64,000 nt of DNA, taken from positions 17,794,001-17,858,000 of the forward strand of contig OX597824.1 of assembly GCA_951406725.2 (NCBI GenBank), read 5' to 3'. A program made the position numbers and the translations under genes. The stretch is from Octopus vulgaris (Eukaryota). Under the pieces are notes generated by a model. It was given only the letters and a program-made list of their open reading frames with translations. It did no database searches and was not told where the DNA came from. Positions 42,896 through 57,530 of the stretch are shown one piece after another. Each line of letters opens with the position of its first letter. Position 1 is the first letter of the stretch.

Positions 42896-44056
42896 TTGGG
42901 TTATCCCATAAATGATTTATTACTTCTAAAAATTAAGATACACAACGTTGTTTTCTAATATAAAATATATTCTCCTTCATTTTCTACAATGCTCTTCCAT
43001 CCATCTGGTATATTGCAAGATCCCTCTTCCAAAATCACTTACCCGTGACGAAAATCCTCCAGTATTATTCTGACCTCGTCTATAGAATTCATATTTTTTC
43101 CGTCCGAATGATATTGAAGACTGCTGAATAAATCATAATCAGATGGGACAATGTCCGGCGAATATAGTGGGTGGGGATTCGTTTGACATTCAAACTGCTC
43201 CAGCCTTTGAAATGTTATTCTCGCTGTATGTGGCAGAGAATTACACTGATGGAAGAACACCTTTCGTCTTGAAACCAAAGATGGCTGTTTTTCTTTTAGC
43301 GCTGACTTAAGCCGCTCAAGCTGCTCGCAGTACATCTCCTTTGTTATCGTTTGGTATGGGTTTAAAAGTTCAAAGTGTACTAACCCTTTCATATCCCAAC
43401 AAGCAGATAAGAACACCTTACGTGGGTGAAGGCCTTCTTTATCCTGGTTTGTCAGTGTTTCTCCTTTCCCTACCCACTGTCTTCGGCACTTGACATTTTC
43501 ATAGAGAACCCACGGTCAAAAAAAGTTCATTTGTGAGATGTAACAGCAAAGAAGAGCAAACATTCACTCTCTGCTTGCGATTAGATACGGAAAGATCGTG
43601 AGGAACCCATTCACCCAGTTTGATGACTGTTCCGATGGCACGCAGGTGTCGATGAATGGTTGAATGACCAAATCCAAGCTTCTTTACTAGTTCCTCAATA
43701 GTTACGATGAAATTTTGTTCCACAAGTGTTTGCAGGACGTCCTCGTCGAACTCTGCAGTTCTACCAGGACGCGGCTTGTCTACTAGGCCGTAGTTTTCGG
43801 CTTAGAATTTCTAGAACCTCCACTGACACTGGCTTATGCTTATTGTCCGATCCCCATAAACTGCATTAATATTTATTATGCCTCGCACAATCCGTTGCGT
43901 TGTTGCCTATATTGAACTCATAAAACAAAATATGCCGAATACTCTCCATTGTCACTTCCATTAGAGTTTTGGAAAAAAACCTGTTAAAATCGAACTGCAC
44001 ACTTCAAAAGTTGCACTAAGAATAAGTCTAAGGTAAGATTACAACCTGCTTTTTTG
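42896..44056 (-). mobile_element. mariner transposon with frameshifted transposase pseudogene (about 42955-43961)
   Basis: Mariner motifs WVPHDL, WDMKGLVHFELL and HPLYSPDIVPSDYDLF. Start MEVTMESIRHILFYEF, end GEYILY*. A TA|ttgggttatcc TIR-like end is at 42894. Confidence 0.9.
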
Positions 44057-44570
44057 CGCGTACGTGTGTTAGTGTGTATGTGTGTGAAATACCCAAGAGA
44101 CCAGCAGTGTGCATATTCATTCATTTTAAGCGAAAGAATTCATACCAAGATTATTCAACGAGTCAATAAACCGAACAGAGCTAAATCATAATGAAATATA
44201 ATTGAAATATAACGAAAGGCGTGAATTTCAGAATAGACATATCTTTTATCCACACCATTGTTAATATTCCACGGTTTTACGGCAGGGTCTTGATGCTTAT
44301 TCATGAAGCATCCGTAAGCGAGATCATTTTCGTAGTGCTAACACAATATGTAGGCCAGATTAGAAGCCGTAGTCCTACTAGATGTCGTAAGACCGAATCT
44401 AAGCATGATGAATGAGTTCAAATTTATCGATTACGAAGTATTTCAAGACTGAATATTATGGAGAATACATTTAGCAGTGTTTCTTCGTGAAATCGAAGTT
44501 GATGATTCACAAATCTGAGTCGCTAATCTGAGTAGCGAGGAAATGAATCACACGCACAATCATACAGACA

Positions 44571-44632
<62 letters not shown>

Positions 44633-44652
44633 TATATATATATATATATATG

Positions 44653-44683
<31 letters not shown>

Positions 44684-44779
44684 GTATACATCACATACAG
44701 ACAAAAAGAAACACACATATACATGCATGTATGTACTTAAAACGTATACAAGTGTATATGCATATGTCTATATACATAC

Positions 44780-44814
<35 letters not shown>

Positions 44815-44898
44815 CATGTGTATATATATATATATACATGTGTATATATACATATATACATATATATATATTTATATATATATGCACATATATATATG

Positions 44899-44945
<47 letters not shown>

Positions 44946-45202
44946 TTCATATATGTGAATGCCTGTGCTTGTGTTTGTGCAGTTGTTTCGTTGTCAGTTC
45001 TTCTCTTTCTCTCAATCTCTCTCTCTCTCTCTCTTCCCCTCTCTCTTCCTTTCTCTGTTACTATGTGCGTGTTTGAGTACGAATTCAATTTGCATATACC
45101 TACATAGATACATATATACACAGAAATGCACACACACACATATATATGTATATATATGTATGCGTATGTATGTATATATGCATGTGCGTGTGTGCGCGCG
45201 TA

Positions 45203-45245
<43 letters not shown>

Positions 45246-45247
<2 letters not shown>

Positions 45248-45397
45248 AAACATAATATGCTTGTATGTATGAAGGTATACATGTGTACATATATGCCTGT
45301 GTATCTCAATGCTATATATATATATATATGTAAACATAATATGCTTGTATGTATGAAGGTATACATGTGTACATATATGCCTGTGTATCTCAATGCT
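45246..45397. repeat. tandem duplication of a 68-bp unit
   Basis: gtaaacataatatgcttg...gtatctcaatgct at 45246-45313 and 45330-45397. Confidence 0.85.
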
Positions 45398-46038
45398 TAT
45401 ATATATATATATGTAAATAAGCATGCATGCATGCATGACGTTCCAGTTGTGTACGCGTGAGTGTTTAGAATTCTAGATAAAAGAACGTGTCCTCGTGAAT
45501 GTATTACTAATAACTCGTGTTTCCAAAATAATTCCATTTGATGTTTAGCCCATATTTCTCTTAATGCTTTTATTTATTATTTTTTATTTTTATTTCATTT
45601 CGTTTTATTCCTTTATTCTCCTCATAGACTTATTATAAAAACACCGTTCACTCTTCTCCATCCATACCTCATAAAGAAACATACACAGAGTTTATGCCGC
45701 TATTGTTAATACGATGGTTATGGATCCGGTTTTGAAATAAAGATGGGGTGGGGGGTAGGAAAGTTGTATGAATGGTTATTTCAGCCTCAGGGTAACGAGC
45801 TTTTCAGTCAATAGGTCAGTAGAGGCTTTGACCTTATTTCTGAAAGAAGGAATTAAACTAATTAGAGGAAGATAGTTTTAAATGAAGATATAACACGGTT
45901 ACTGGTGTCCTGGGGTAGGGCAAATAAAATGGCGGTAAGACGAACTAAGTATTCTTTGAGCGTCTTCTGATTCAAATCTCATCTAGAGACAGATTTACCT
46001 TTTATCTGTCAGCGTGATTAACGTAAACACACGCGCGA

Positions 46039-46105
<67 letters not shown>

Positions 46106-46579
46106 CGCGTGCGCACTCTAACACACATAAACACTCCCTCACAGACACACAACTATCTATATATGCGTACGTCGGAACAGCTAGATTCATATCTGCACCT
46201 AGAAAACTCAATTAAAGTTTTTATCAAATACATACAATAGCAATTATATGTAGATCTCTCATGAGCCCCAGGACATATAAAGGAGAGGGTTGAACCCGCT
46301 TTCCTTAACACATACTTAACTAAAATTAGAACACATACCCTTAAACAGGACTGTTATGTCGCACGTACGGATGCCTTCTACTCAACTTCTACTCAGCTCC
46401 TAGTCTGCTACTACTCAACTGTTCTCTGACGACGTCTAGACTTCTCCCTCTATATCTACGTATTGCGCTAGCCTACTTCACCGTCTGAGGGCGTCCACAC
46501 AACAAGGACCCTGGTCCGTTGCAGATTTTAACATCCAAATTATTGCTGGAACTTGTTTACTGCAACGTGCTATTCTTTT

Positions 46580-46960
46580 CTTTTATTCTTTTACTTGTTT
46601 CAGTCATTTGACTGCGGCCATGCTGGAGCACCGCCTTTAATCGAGCAACTCGACCCCGGGACTTATTCTTTTGTAAGCCCAATACTTATTCTATCGGTCT
46701 CTTTTGCCGAACCGCTAAGTAACGGGAACATAAACACACCAGCATCGGTTGTCAAGCAATGCTAGGAGGACAAACACAGACACAAACACACACACAAATA
46801 TATATATAAATACATATATACGACGGGCTTCTTTCAGTTTCCGTCTACCAAATCTACTCACAAAGCTTTGGTCGGCCCGAGGCTATAGTAGAAGACACTT
46901 GCCCAAGGTGCCACGCAGTGGGACTGAACACGGAACCATGTGGTTGGTAAACAAGCTAAA
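46580..46960 (-). mobile_element. SINE family B
   Basis: Family B sequence. Confidence 0.85.
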
Positions 46961-47269
46961 GAACACAAAGCACCGACCTGTCTATCAAGCGATCTCTATC
47001 CACTCATTCACATACCTTCACCAAATGTTCTCAAAGCGAATCTCGTTTTTCTTTTTGTATATAACTATCCTCCAATGTATGTACCTACCTATGTACATCC
47101 TTAAATGTGTGTCTGTGTGTGTGTGTAGAGGGACAGTTGTGTGCCTCCTAATTCTAAACCGAGGGCTTTCCTGCCTTAATCTTTCATACTTTCATTACCC
47201 TTGTGACGCCAAATGCTCCGCGCTTGCAATCTAATTCAACGCGTATATAACTTTTCCATAGTTATATAT

Positions 47270-47432
47270 AGGCGTAGGAGTGGCTGTGTGGTAAGTAACT
47301 TGCTTACCAACCACATGGTTCCGGGTTCAGTCCCACTGCGTGGCACTTCGGGCAAGTATCTTCCACTATAGTCCCGGGCCGCCCAAAGCCTTGTGAGTGG
47401 ATTTGGTAGACGGAAGCTGAAAGAAGCCCGTC

Positions 47433-47505
<73 letters not shown>

Positions 47506-47735
47506 GTGTGTGTGTGTGTGTGTCTGTGTTTGTTCCCCCAACATCGCTTGACAATCGATGCTGGTGTGTTTACGTCCACGTAACTTAGCGGTTCGGCAAA
47601 AGAGACCGATAGAATAAGTACTAGGCTTACAAAGAATAAGTCGTAGGGTCGATTTGCTCGACTAAAGGCGGTGCTACAGCATGGCCACAGTCAAAGGACT
47701 GAAACAAGGCAAAGAGTAAAAGAGAGTAAGAGTAT
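47270..47735 (+). mobile_element. SINE family B
   Basis: Full-length family B; inverted relative to 46580-46960. Confidence 0.85.
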
Positions 47736-49004
47736 ACTCACACACACCGAGAAACACATTATCCTACATCTCAGTATTCTGTGCTTCTATCAAACTGTTA
47801 TTCCCTCATTCTTTCTGATAATTCATTGAAGATTCCCGTGACTGTAGCACTCGATCATTTTCTCTCTCACTGAATGAGCATGAAGTTTAGACGGCGGTAT
47901 AATTTCTAACACTCATCATTGCAATCGACGGAGACCCGTCTGTTGTATCTACCTTACGTTGACACGTATATAAGTAATTTCCTCACTTCCCGACTTAAGT
48001 TCACGATAAAACAGACATTTCTATAAATATTCAGCTAATGGTCATGAAATATAAATTATTAATATAATTTTCGTGGAAATAGTATTAAAATAATTGTTCC
48101 AGTCGACCCGTTTTTGTAGTTCAGGATGTATCTAATACCATAATTATTCGCCGTTTTTCCTGCTTCATATTATAAAATTTGATAAGTAATTAATTTGCCA
48201 CGTTGAAGGGGAGGAAAAGAAATGCAATTGCACTCTACAAATAAAGCCGATTGGTCAACTGTTTTGATTTGGTCATATCCGGCATAGACGGAATGAATTA
48301 GGTATATTTACCGGAAATCCTTTTGATATAAATAAGCTACCACAAAAGCAATTTTCATGATACAGCTTCATTCTCTTAGAGTTTTAATAAAATTGAGAAC
48401 ATTGGAATATTAAATTCTTAGCGAAAATCACTCGTGAGAGAACTGTGTCTCATATTTCTCGGTCGCCATTTTATACCATTTCTTTCAGGTTTATGTCACT
48501 TTCTTTTCAACAAGAACAATTTTTCATCATTGTTAGTTTTTCAAATACGGATTTCTATCTCATGCAGAAGATTTAGTTAGAAAATAATGCCGATTTAAAT
48601 AATTCCAGTACTTTACTCTATGTTTGTTTCAGAGGCCACACTTGATGGAAAAACATTATTTTGTTTTGTCCTAGTCGAGCGCTGGAATACAAGGACTCGA
48701 CTATAGATTGTAATATCTGTTGACTTCTGTTATATCGCTTTCAGAACTGACGTCTCTCGGTGTTTGCAGACGATAAAAAGCGACCCATTAAAGTATTATG
48801 ATTAAGTATAGATATGAGACACCGATAAATATTATATTAAGTTTTCAGTGTCCAAGAAAATCAATGGGGTGAAATATGGAGGGGATTGGATGAAACCCAT
48901 GTGGCATGCTCGAATCTATTTACATCAAAATAAAATTTTTTAAGTAAACTTTATAAGCATTAGATCTAACATAAGATTCTTAACAGCCGAGACAAATGCA
49001 ATCT

Positions 49005-49215
49005 TTTCTACTCTGGGAACAAGGCCCGAAGATTTGGGGGAGAGGGCCAGTCAATTAGGTCGACCCCAGCATGCAACTGGTGCTTAATATATCGACCCCG
49101 AAAGGATAAAAGGCAAAGTCGAGCTCGGCGGAATTTGAACTCAGAACGTAAAGACAGACAAAATACTGCTAAGCATTACGCCTGGCGTGTTAACGTTTCT
49201 GCCAGGCTCGCCACC
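49005..49215 (-). mobile_element. SINE family A
   Basis: Family A sequence. Confidence 0.8.
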
Positions 49216-50248
49216 TTGCCGAGAATGATATGATACTTTACGACAAATGAAAGTAGCCCCATTTAATGTATGCCTTTTTATCCTTATAAAAAACTGAATT
49301 TTGTTAAGCAAACCGCCAAACAAATGAAAGTTATACGGAAAATATATTCTTCAAAATTGTTAAGCAAATGCCAGAGCTGAGATTGACTAAATTAGTTGAT
49401 GAAAGTTAGACAGTGGGTCCGTTGCATATTTTCAGTGAGATTATTCGTTAAGTTGGGTGTTCTTACTGCCACTTTCTAGCAAGCTGGTGCTTCGTGTGCA
49501 CTAATATTATTATGAATTTATTGTAAAGCTGTTTAATGCTAATATCGCTTGCAGCCATTAATGTTATTATTGTTGTTATTTTGAATTAATTGGATTTGCC
49601 ACTGATAATAATAATATTGATAATAATAATAATAATAATAACAATAATAATAACAATAATAATAATAATAATAATAATATATCTATGACTATTCATTTTA
49701 ATGCTTACCCGATGTGATATATATATATATATATATATATATGAAAGAAGGTTTGAAAATGCAATTTTAAAAGATATTTATTTACTTTACCGGTTTCACT
49801 TTTTAGAAAAAGATTGTCAAAAGTAACATGTAACAGTTTAGTTGTGTTAATTATTGGTTGTGACAAAGTGCTACAATACATATATACATTCTTTGGTAAC
49901 AAGTTAAGAACATAAAAAAGTTTAATAAGTTCATTAAAATATTGGGCACTAAAGATTACAACATATATATACATTCTCAGTAAAATAGTAAACATGTTTT
50001 TTTTCTGGCGGATTGAAGAGATACATACTGTGTACGGTGTCATATGTCAGGAATTTGTATTGCTTTTAATTATTACGCGACATCTATGTTGAAAATGGGT
50101 TAATAGGTACGCCTCGTAAACTGGGCCTCATCAACTGGCCCCAAATTAGAAGCAATAATTAGACTCATTACTGAGTCAATTTACATACATACATACATAC
50201 ATACATACGCATGTAGATATATACATATACATACACACATATATGGAT

Positions 50249-50280
<32 letters not shown>

Positions 50281-50397
50281 CCACGCTCACACACATAACA
50301 CATATATACATATGACTATGTAAATATGTGTGCGTTTATATATATAAATTTATATACAAATGTGTGAGTGCAACTATATGTATATATATATACATTA

Positions 50398-50428
<31 letters not shown>

Positions 50429-50925
50429 TATATACATATATATATATATATACACGCACATATATATACACATAAGTATATACATATACATATATATATA
50501 TATATACACATACACACACATGCAGACATGCTGGACCCTTGTTCCACTTCAAAGAGGCTTAGAGGTCCACACGAACTTGGTCTCTTAAAATATTTGTCAA
50601 GTATAATAAAAGTGGCAAAGCAGGGAATCTAAAGTACAAAGGCAACCAATCGGAGCAATTTCTACATAATTTCCAGCCACCCATTTCCACTCACAAAATT
50701 TCTGCCACCCGTGTGTGTCGTGCTGGATTCGATCCCCGGACGTCATGATTGCGAATGTGAACATCTTTTGCACTCAGTCATACCTGTGCTCTCAAATATG
50801 CCTGTATAGGTGCATGTACGCGTTTGAGTCTGTATGTGGGCCAGGAGGGATTGTCTACTCACGTACGTGGACACGCATATATGTATGCATGCTTGCATGT
50901 ATATATTTATGCGCATATATATATG

Positions 50926-50982
<57 letters not shown>

Positions 50983-51083
50983 TTATATATATATCAAATA
51001 TATCAGAAGCCCTGATATATTTGAATATAGTCCGTGAACTCCTTCTATATATAATATGCTATATTGTGTTAACCCGACTCAAC

Positions 51084-51129
<46 letters not shown>

Positions 51130-51142
51130 GATATATATGTAG

Positions 51143-51207
<65 letters not shown>

Positions 51208-51428
51208 ATCATTTTGAATTGATAAAAGGTGTTTTTTTCTAATTTGTATATATATATATATTATATTATATTTTGTGAAATTTGATTTTGTATTTCTAAA
51301 TTGAATTTTTCCCTGTAAGTTAGGAATAATATTCCCTCAAATAATTATTACATATATATATATATATATATATATATAAACATGCACACACACACTCACA
51401 TATATATATGTTTGCATGTATGTATCAA

Positions 51429-51466
<38 letters not shown>

Positions 51467-51954
51467 AGTGTATAATAATGAATTTAATGACAGCGTGCAG
51501 AGTGATATGAATCCAACGAATCAAGTATGAAGACAGCAAAACGACAAGGCACAGCGCAGGTTTGAACTATTTGTCCTCGTCAGCCACGTGCCAGTGTTAC
51601 TTGAATATGTAACCTCTCGCCACGCAGCGAATGCCCCCCCCCCCGTTCCTGACAATGCTGAGTTGCTAGCCAGCTGTCATTTTACCTTAAATTAAATCCT
51701 TAAGTCTTTGCTGCATTTTTCTCCGGTTTGGAAACAGAAGTGTTATTAGGAGGAAGTATATTCGCTTTGAGATATTCGCTAACAGGACAGAAATGCCTGA
51801 TCCTCAAGAGCATGTTGGTTTTGTGGGTTATGTTTATAAGTCCACTTTATAACAGAGTAGAGTCATTGGGAATAGTCGTCCATATGGTGATTCCACAATG
51901 GATATATTGTTTTACAAGTGTGCTTCGTTACTCCGTGTATGTTTATAAGAGGGT

Positions 51955-52162
51955 AGCATGTATGTATGTATGCTTGTATGTATGTATGTATATATGTATG
52001 TATGTATGCATGTATATATGTATGTATGTACGTAACTATCTATCTGTCTATCTATCTATCCATCTATCTTTCTATCTATCTATCTATCTATCTATCTATC
52101 CATCCATCTATCTATCTATCTATCTATCTACCTATGTATCTATCTATCTTTCTGTCTATCCA

Positions 52163-52256
<94 letters not shown>

Positions 52257-52274
52257 TTATCTATATATTTATCC

Positions 52275-52342
<68 letters not shown>

Positions 52343-52345
52343 GTC
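51955..52345. repeat. (TATG)n/(TATC)n microsatellite
   Basis: Direct reading. Confidence 0.95.
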
Positions 52346-52440
52346 TGTCTATCTGCTTATATGTTTGTATGTCAGTATATTTCTCTTTGTGTATCCATCC
52401 ATCGCTATATGTGTGTATTCGTATGATATATGTGTATGCA

Positions 52441-52493
<53 letters not shown>

Positions 52494-52599
52494 TGTGTTT
52501 CTGTGCATATATGACAGGTAGTCAATAGTATATAATAAATACATAATTCAGTCTCTGTGCAATCTTCAAAAGTTTCTGAGTATCTAAGTAATGATACTG

Positions 52600-53245
52600 C
52601 CTGCCCGAGTAGTTACAGCCTTCACTAGATTCGAACCATTAGCGTTGACTTCATTAACTTCCTCACCCTTCTGATGTACTCCTTCTCGATCTTCGCTTTC
52701 AGTTTTGTAGTTAGTACTCTGTCAGATTCCCATACTCCTAGATACTCATAACTCTCCTCTTTTCAATGATTTTAATGACTAGCCATCTGGTAATTGCATG
52801 CCTTCTCTTTTGTCTACATGTATCCGTCTCATAACTAATATTGCACATTTTTCTATGCCAAATATTCCATGCCTATATTTTTGCTGAAGAGACTCACAGT
52901 CTGAATTAAGTAATCTACCTATTTTTCATTCTTACTAGCAGGCTTCAGATCATGCACGTAGAGCAAATGGTTAATTTTTTTCCTAACTAATTCTGAACGG
53001 ATACCCTGCTTTTGCCACCCTTAATACTAAACCGAGGGAGATCAAACATAGGACAAGCATTAAAGGGGATATCGAGTCCCCTTCAAATATTCTCTCTTTA
53101 TATTAACTTTCCCTAAGATTGTGTCACATGAGTAGAGATCTGCTTTCCATTTATTCATACTAAAGCTAATTCTTATATGTTGTCTGCTATACTGAATATA
53201 CTCAAATAGTCACTTATCCATGTGTGGGATCATGTCATAGGCTTG
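52600..53245 (-). pseudogene. degenerate RT of an R4/Dong-like LINE
   Basis: Minus translation MIPHTWI, KVNIKERIFEGDSISPLMLVL, INHLLYVHDLK, FGIEKCA; adjacent to (TTA)n. Confidence 0.75.
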
Positions 53246-53260
53246 CTTTTAATATTGTTG

Positions 53261-53331
<71 letters not shown>

Positions 53332-53667
53332 TTTTTATTTATTTATTTTTTTTTTACGTGCTTTCACTTCACTACCGAGCGCAGCTATGTGCGCCTTGGG
53401 TGCCTTATTATTATTATTGTTATTATTATTATTATTGTTGTTGTTATTATTATTATTATTATTATTAAGAAAGAAGGCATGCACCCAACACCAGTGCTGA
53501 AGACACCTCCGAAAGCGGGGGGCGGGGCGCCACGTCAAAACAGTAGAGGAGTAGGGGCCGAAACCGGACGTGATTCCTCCTGATGATGTCTTGAGCTAAC
53601 TGGGTCCTATAAAGGAGCTGCTGTGGTAGCAGACCACGAAACACGGTTGTAATTCCTCCTCCTCCAT

Positions 53668-53733
<66 letters not shown>

Positions 53734-54004
53734 GTCATTATCATCATCATTATCACTGTTGTTGTGTTGTTTTTGCTATTGTTGGTGTTTCTGATGTTTG
53801 TATTTTCACTGACCTATGGATTACACTTTCATTAAAACGAGTAAAGGAGAAAAAATTCCACTGAGACATTATGCATATTTGATATAAATCTATTTAAGTA
53901 CGGTTAGGACTGCATGCCGGAGACCACTTAATATTCACAGCCGTTACTATTGAATATAAAACAAGTTATGGCAGCACAACCTAAAAGGAAACCATAGAGT
54001 GTTT

Positions 54005-54475
<471 letters not shown>

Positions 54476-54949
54476 AATGACAGTGAGGAAAAAAACATAT
54501 TAACAATACTACACTATATAATATGGTATTTCAATTAAATTTGCAGGATTTCCTATGTTGAAGTGGTGGAGGATTTCAGGATGAGCTGTTGGTTTCATGG
54601 TCATTCAATTTTATAACCAATTTCAAGAGTTGTGTCCTGATAAATTCTGACTAAATCCTTGACACTTACCCGAAACGAGATATTGGGTTTTTTTGTTGTT
54701 TTTTTAAATTAGTTTTCCTTCCTTTTTTTTTTTTTAGCTTTCTTCCCGTTTTTTTTTTCCTCTTATATTTATGTCATTTTATTTATTTATTCATTTTTTT
54801 TTTGTTTGAAATTCGATATGTTAGGAGAGGAAATTATTATATTAGGTTATTTGGCACAGTGCAAGGAGGAGGTACAAGAACGAAAGGAATTATATATATA
54901 TGAATGTGTATATATATATAAACGTACATTCATGTATGTATATATGTAT

Positions 54950-55004
<55 letters not shown>

Positions 55005-55379
55005 TAATGTGTGGTGGGAAATGTTTTTTCTTCCATACCGTTTGACAACCGCTGTTGGTTAATTTACGTCACTGTAACTTAACGTTTCGGTGAGAATACG
55101 ATAAAACAAATACTAGATTTTAAATAAAGTTGCACCGGTGTCGAATGTTTGTCTACAAACGTCAGGACGATCCTGCAATATAACCGCAGTCCAATGCATG
55201 ACTCTAAATACACACACACACACACATACACACACACTCACACACACTCACACACACATATAGAGAGATAGATATAGATAGATAGATAGATAAAGAGAGA
55301 GAGAGAGTGTGTGTGTGTGTGTGTGTGTGTGTTTGTGCGCGAGCTACATTCATCTCAAGTGTTAATCCCTACATTTGTA

Positions 55380-55540
55380 AAGTACAAATTTATCATTCCT
55401 TGTGTAAACAACAAACAGATGTATTAGTTTAACGCTTGTGAAGTGAGAAAGTCTTTTACGTTTCGTGCCTACGCTCTTCAACAGAAAGGAAAAAGGAAAT
55501 AAACTGGGAGAGAAAACAGAAAAAAGTTTAGTGGCTATAT
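55380..55540 (-). mobile_element. family P repeat (HHR-like motif 55453-55488)
   Basis: Reverse complement cttt-CTGTTGA-a-gagc gtag gcac-GAAA-cg-ta-aaag. Confidence 0.65.
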
Positions 55541-55641
55541 ATTTACACATAGGCGCAGTTTATTCCATTTGGATATCAGAGATGTCTCTAGCGTCTGATC
55601 ACAGTCACTTTAATATTATCTTCTCCGAAGATGTACGGATC

Positions 55642-55954
55642 CTAAAGAATGAATTCTGCTACCGCAGAATTTCGAGTAGGTATAGAATCAGATGTACCAA
55701 GCTTGAAGTGCACACGGAACGCTCTTCGTGTTGCAGTTACGGTTTCATTGTTCTTAATAAACGTTTCTACAATGAAAGTGCGAAGCTCGCTCGTCCAGTT
55801 CATGTTAGCAACTGAAAAGGAATTGAAACAAAATATCACAAATTGCACCAGCTGAAACAAAATGGCATGATATATAAAATCACGTTTTTCGTTCTTAACT
55901 CTATTTCATTTTTATTAAACCTAAAATTATGTCAGATCATTTTGCAGCACCCTG
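55642..55954 (-). mobile_element. 5' fragment of a Tc1/mariner-superfamily transposon (N-terminal HTH, DUF4817-like)
   Basis: End cagggtgctgcaaaatg; ORF MNWTSELRTFIVETFIKNNETVTATRRAFRVHF from 55803. Confidence 0.7.
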
Positions 55955-56227
55955 TGTATGTAACAATCGGAGTATCAAGTATTACTCAGAATCTTTTCTC
56001 TGGTTCTTTTCTCTGTTGCTGTGCTTTTAGTGTTACGTCATAAGCCACCATCGGATACGGAGAACCTGTATGTACAAGTGACGATAAGAGTCTAATGTGT
56101 TTAGCATAAGAGACGGAATCCATGCGGTTTGTGGGTGGCCCATTGAGCGCATTCAATCACATATGTAAATATATCTACGTATGTATGTATATATGTATAC
56201 GCCTATATTATATATATATATATATAT

Positions 56228-56425
56228 AGGGAAGGTTTACGAAAATAAACAAAAGACGAAGGCAGGTGGAGTACAAGCAAACAAATGTATTAGTATGGCG
56301 CTCAGGAATAGAAATAGAACAAGTCTTTTACGTTTCGAGCCTACGCTTTTCGACAGAAAGATACACAGAAAAGAAACAAGGAGAGAAAAAAATGCGTGTA
56401 GGAGCTAACGATCTATCATGGCGTA
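56228..56425 (-). mobile_element. family P repeat (HHR-like motif 56325-56360)
   Basis: Reverse complement cttt-CTGTCGA-a-aagc gtag gctc-GAAA-cg-ta-aaag; abuts (TA)n. Confidence 0.65.
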
Positions 56426-56429
56426 TGTG

Positions 56430-56510
<81 letters not shown>

Positions 56511-56605
56511 ATATATATATATATATAGTTGTCTCCCACCATCGCTTGACAATGTGTGTGTGTGTAACTGTGTAGTGTGTGTGTGCAATCAAATCATTGT
56601 TAAAG

Positions 56606-56651
<46 letters not shown>

Positions 56652-56882
56652 GGAGAGAGAGAGAGAGAGCGACAAACAGACATACAGACAGAGACTAGTA
56701 GATAGGTATATGCATATCTACATGTATATTCATTTCTATATACATTCATGTGTATCAACATACGCATATTATGTTGTTTCAATGTAGTCGCGGACTTTAT
56801 ATTCATTCACCAGCTGCTCAGATCAATACGTAATCTAACGATATCTCTTCTCAATAGCTTCTACAAACCTCTGTATAATATA

Positions 56883-57197
56883 AGGCGGCGAGCTGGCAGA
56901 ATTGTTAGCACGCTGGGCGAAGTGCTCAGCAGTATTTCGTCTGCCGTTCTGAGTTCAAATTCAGCTGAGGTTGACTTTGCCTTTCATTCTTTCGGGGTCG
57001 ATAAATTAAGTACCAGTTACGCACTTCGGTCGATGCAATCGACTTAATCCGTTTGTCTGTCCTTCTTTGTCTCCTGTGTCTTTAGCCCCTTGTGGGTAGT
57101 AAAGAAATAAGTATTCGTCTGTCTTTACGTTCTGAGTTCAAATTCCGCCGAGGTCGATATTACCTTTCATCCTTTCGGGGTCGATAAATTAAGTACC
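56883..57197 (+). mobile_element. SINE family A with partial second unit
   Basis: Family A sequence. Confidence 0.8.
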
Positions 57198-57530
57198 TAT
57201 ATCCACCACAACATCTCTCCTTTTTAAGTTTGACTTTCCCGGAGAGTCAATACTTTTATGTATTACCACCTTTCTCTCCCCACCCACTTTTTTACTTCTT
57301 CGGTGAGAAATTGAAATATTTTTTCTCTTTTTGGCTCAATTTCCAACATTTCCGTCCGCTTTCTTTTCCTACATGACGTACACGATGGTTCAACCATTTC
57401 TCGCTGTACCGTAACATGAAACATGTATAGAATTTCTCCCGGCTCTTCCTGCCTTGTTTTTCCTTTTGTAAATCTTTTTTTTTTTTTCATTTGGTTCGGG
57501 TGTCTCTTATATTCCCACGTATGCCCTTTT

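Noticed and set aside
46249-46564. Possible solo LTR (TG...CA)
   Set aside because: No target-site duplication and no second copy in the window.
51550-51590. Minus-strand CTGACGA-ggac...gttc-aaac
   Set aside because: Lacks the essential G12 and a convincing stem I/III.
52883-52910. CTGAAGA-gact-cac-agtc hammerhead-like start
   Set aside because: No GAAA directly after the stem, no stem I, and it lies antisense within RT coding remnant.
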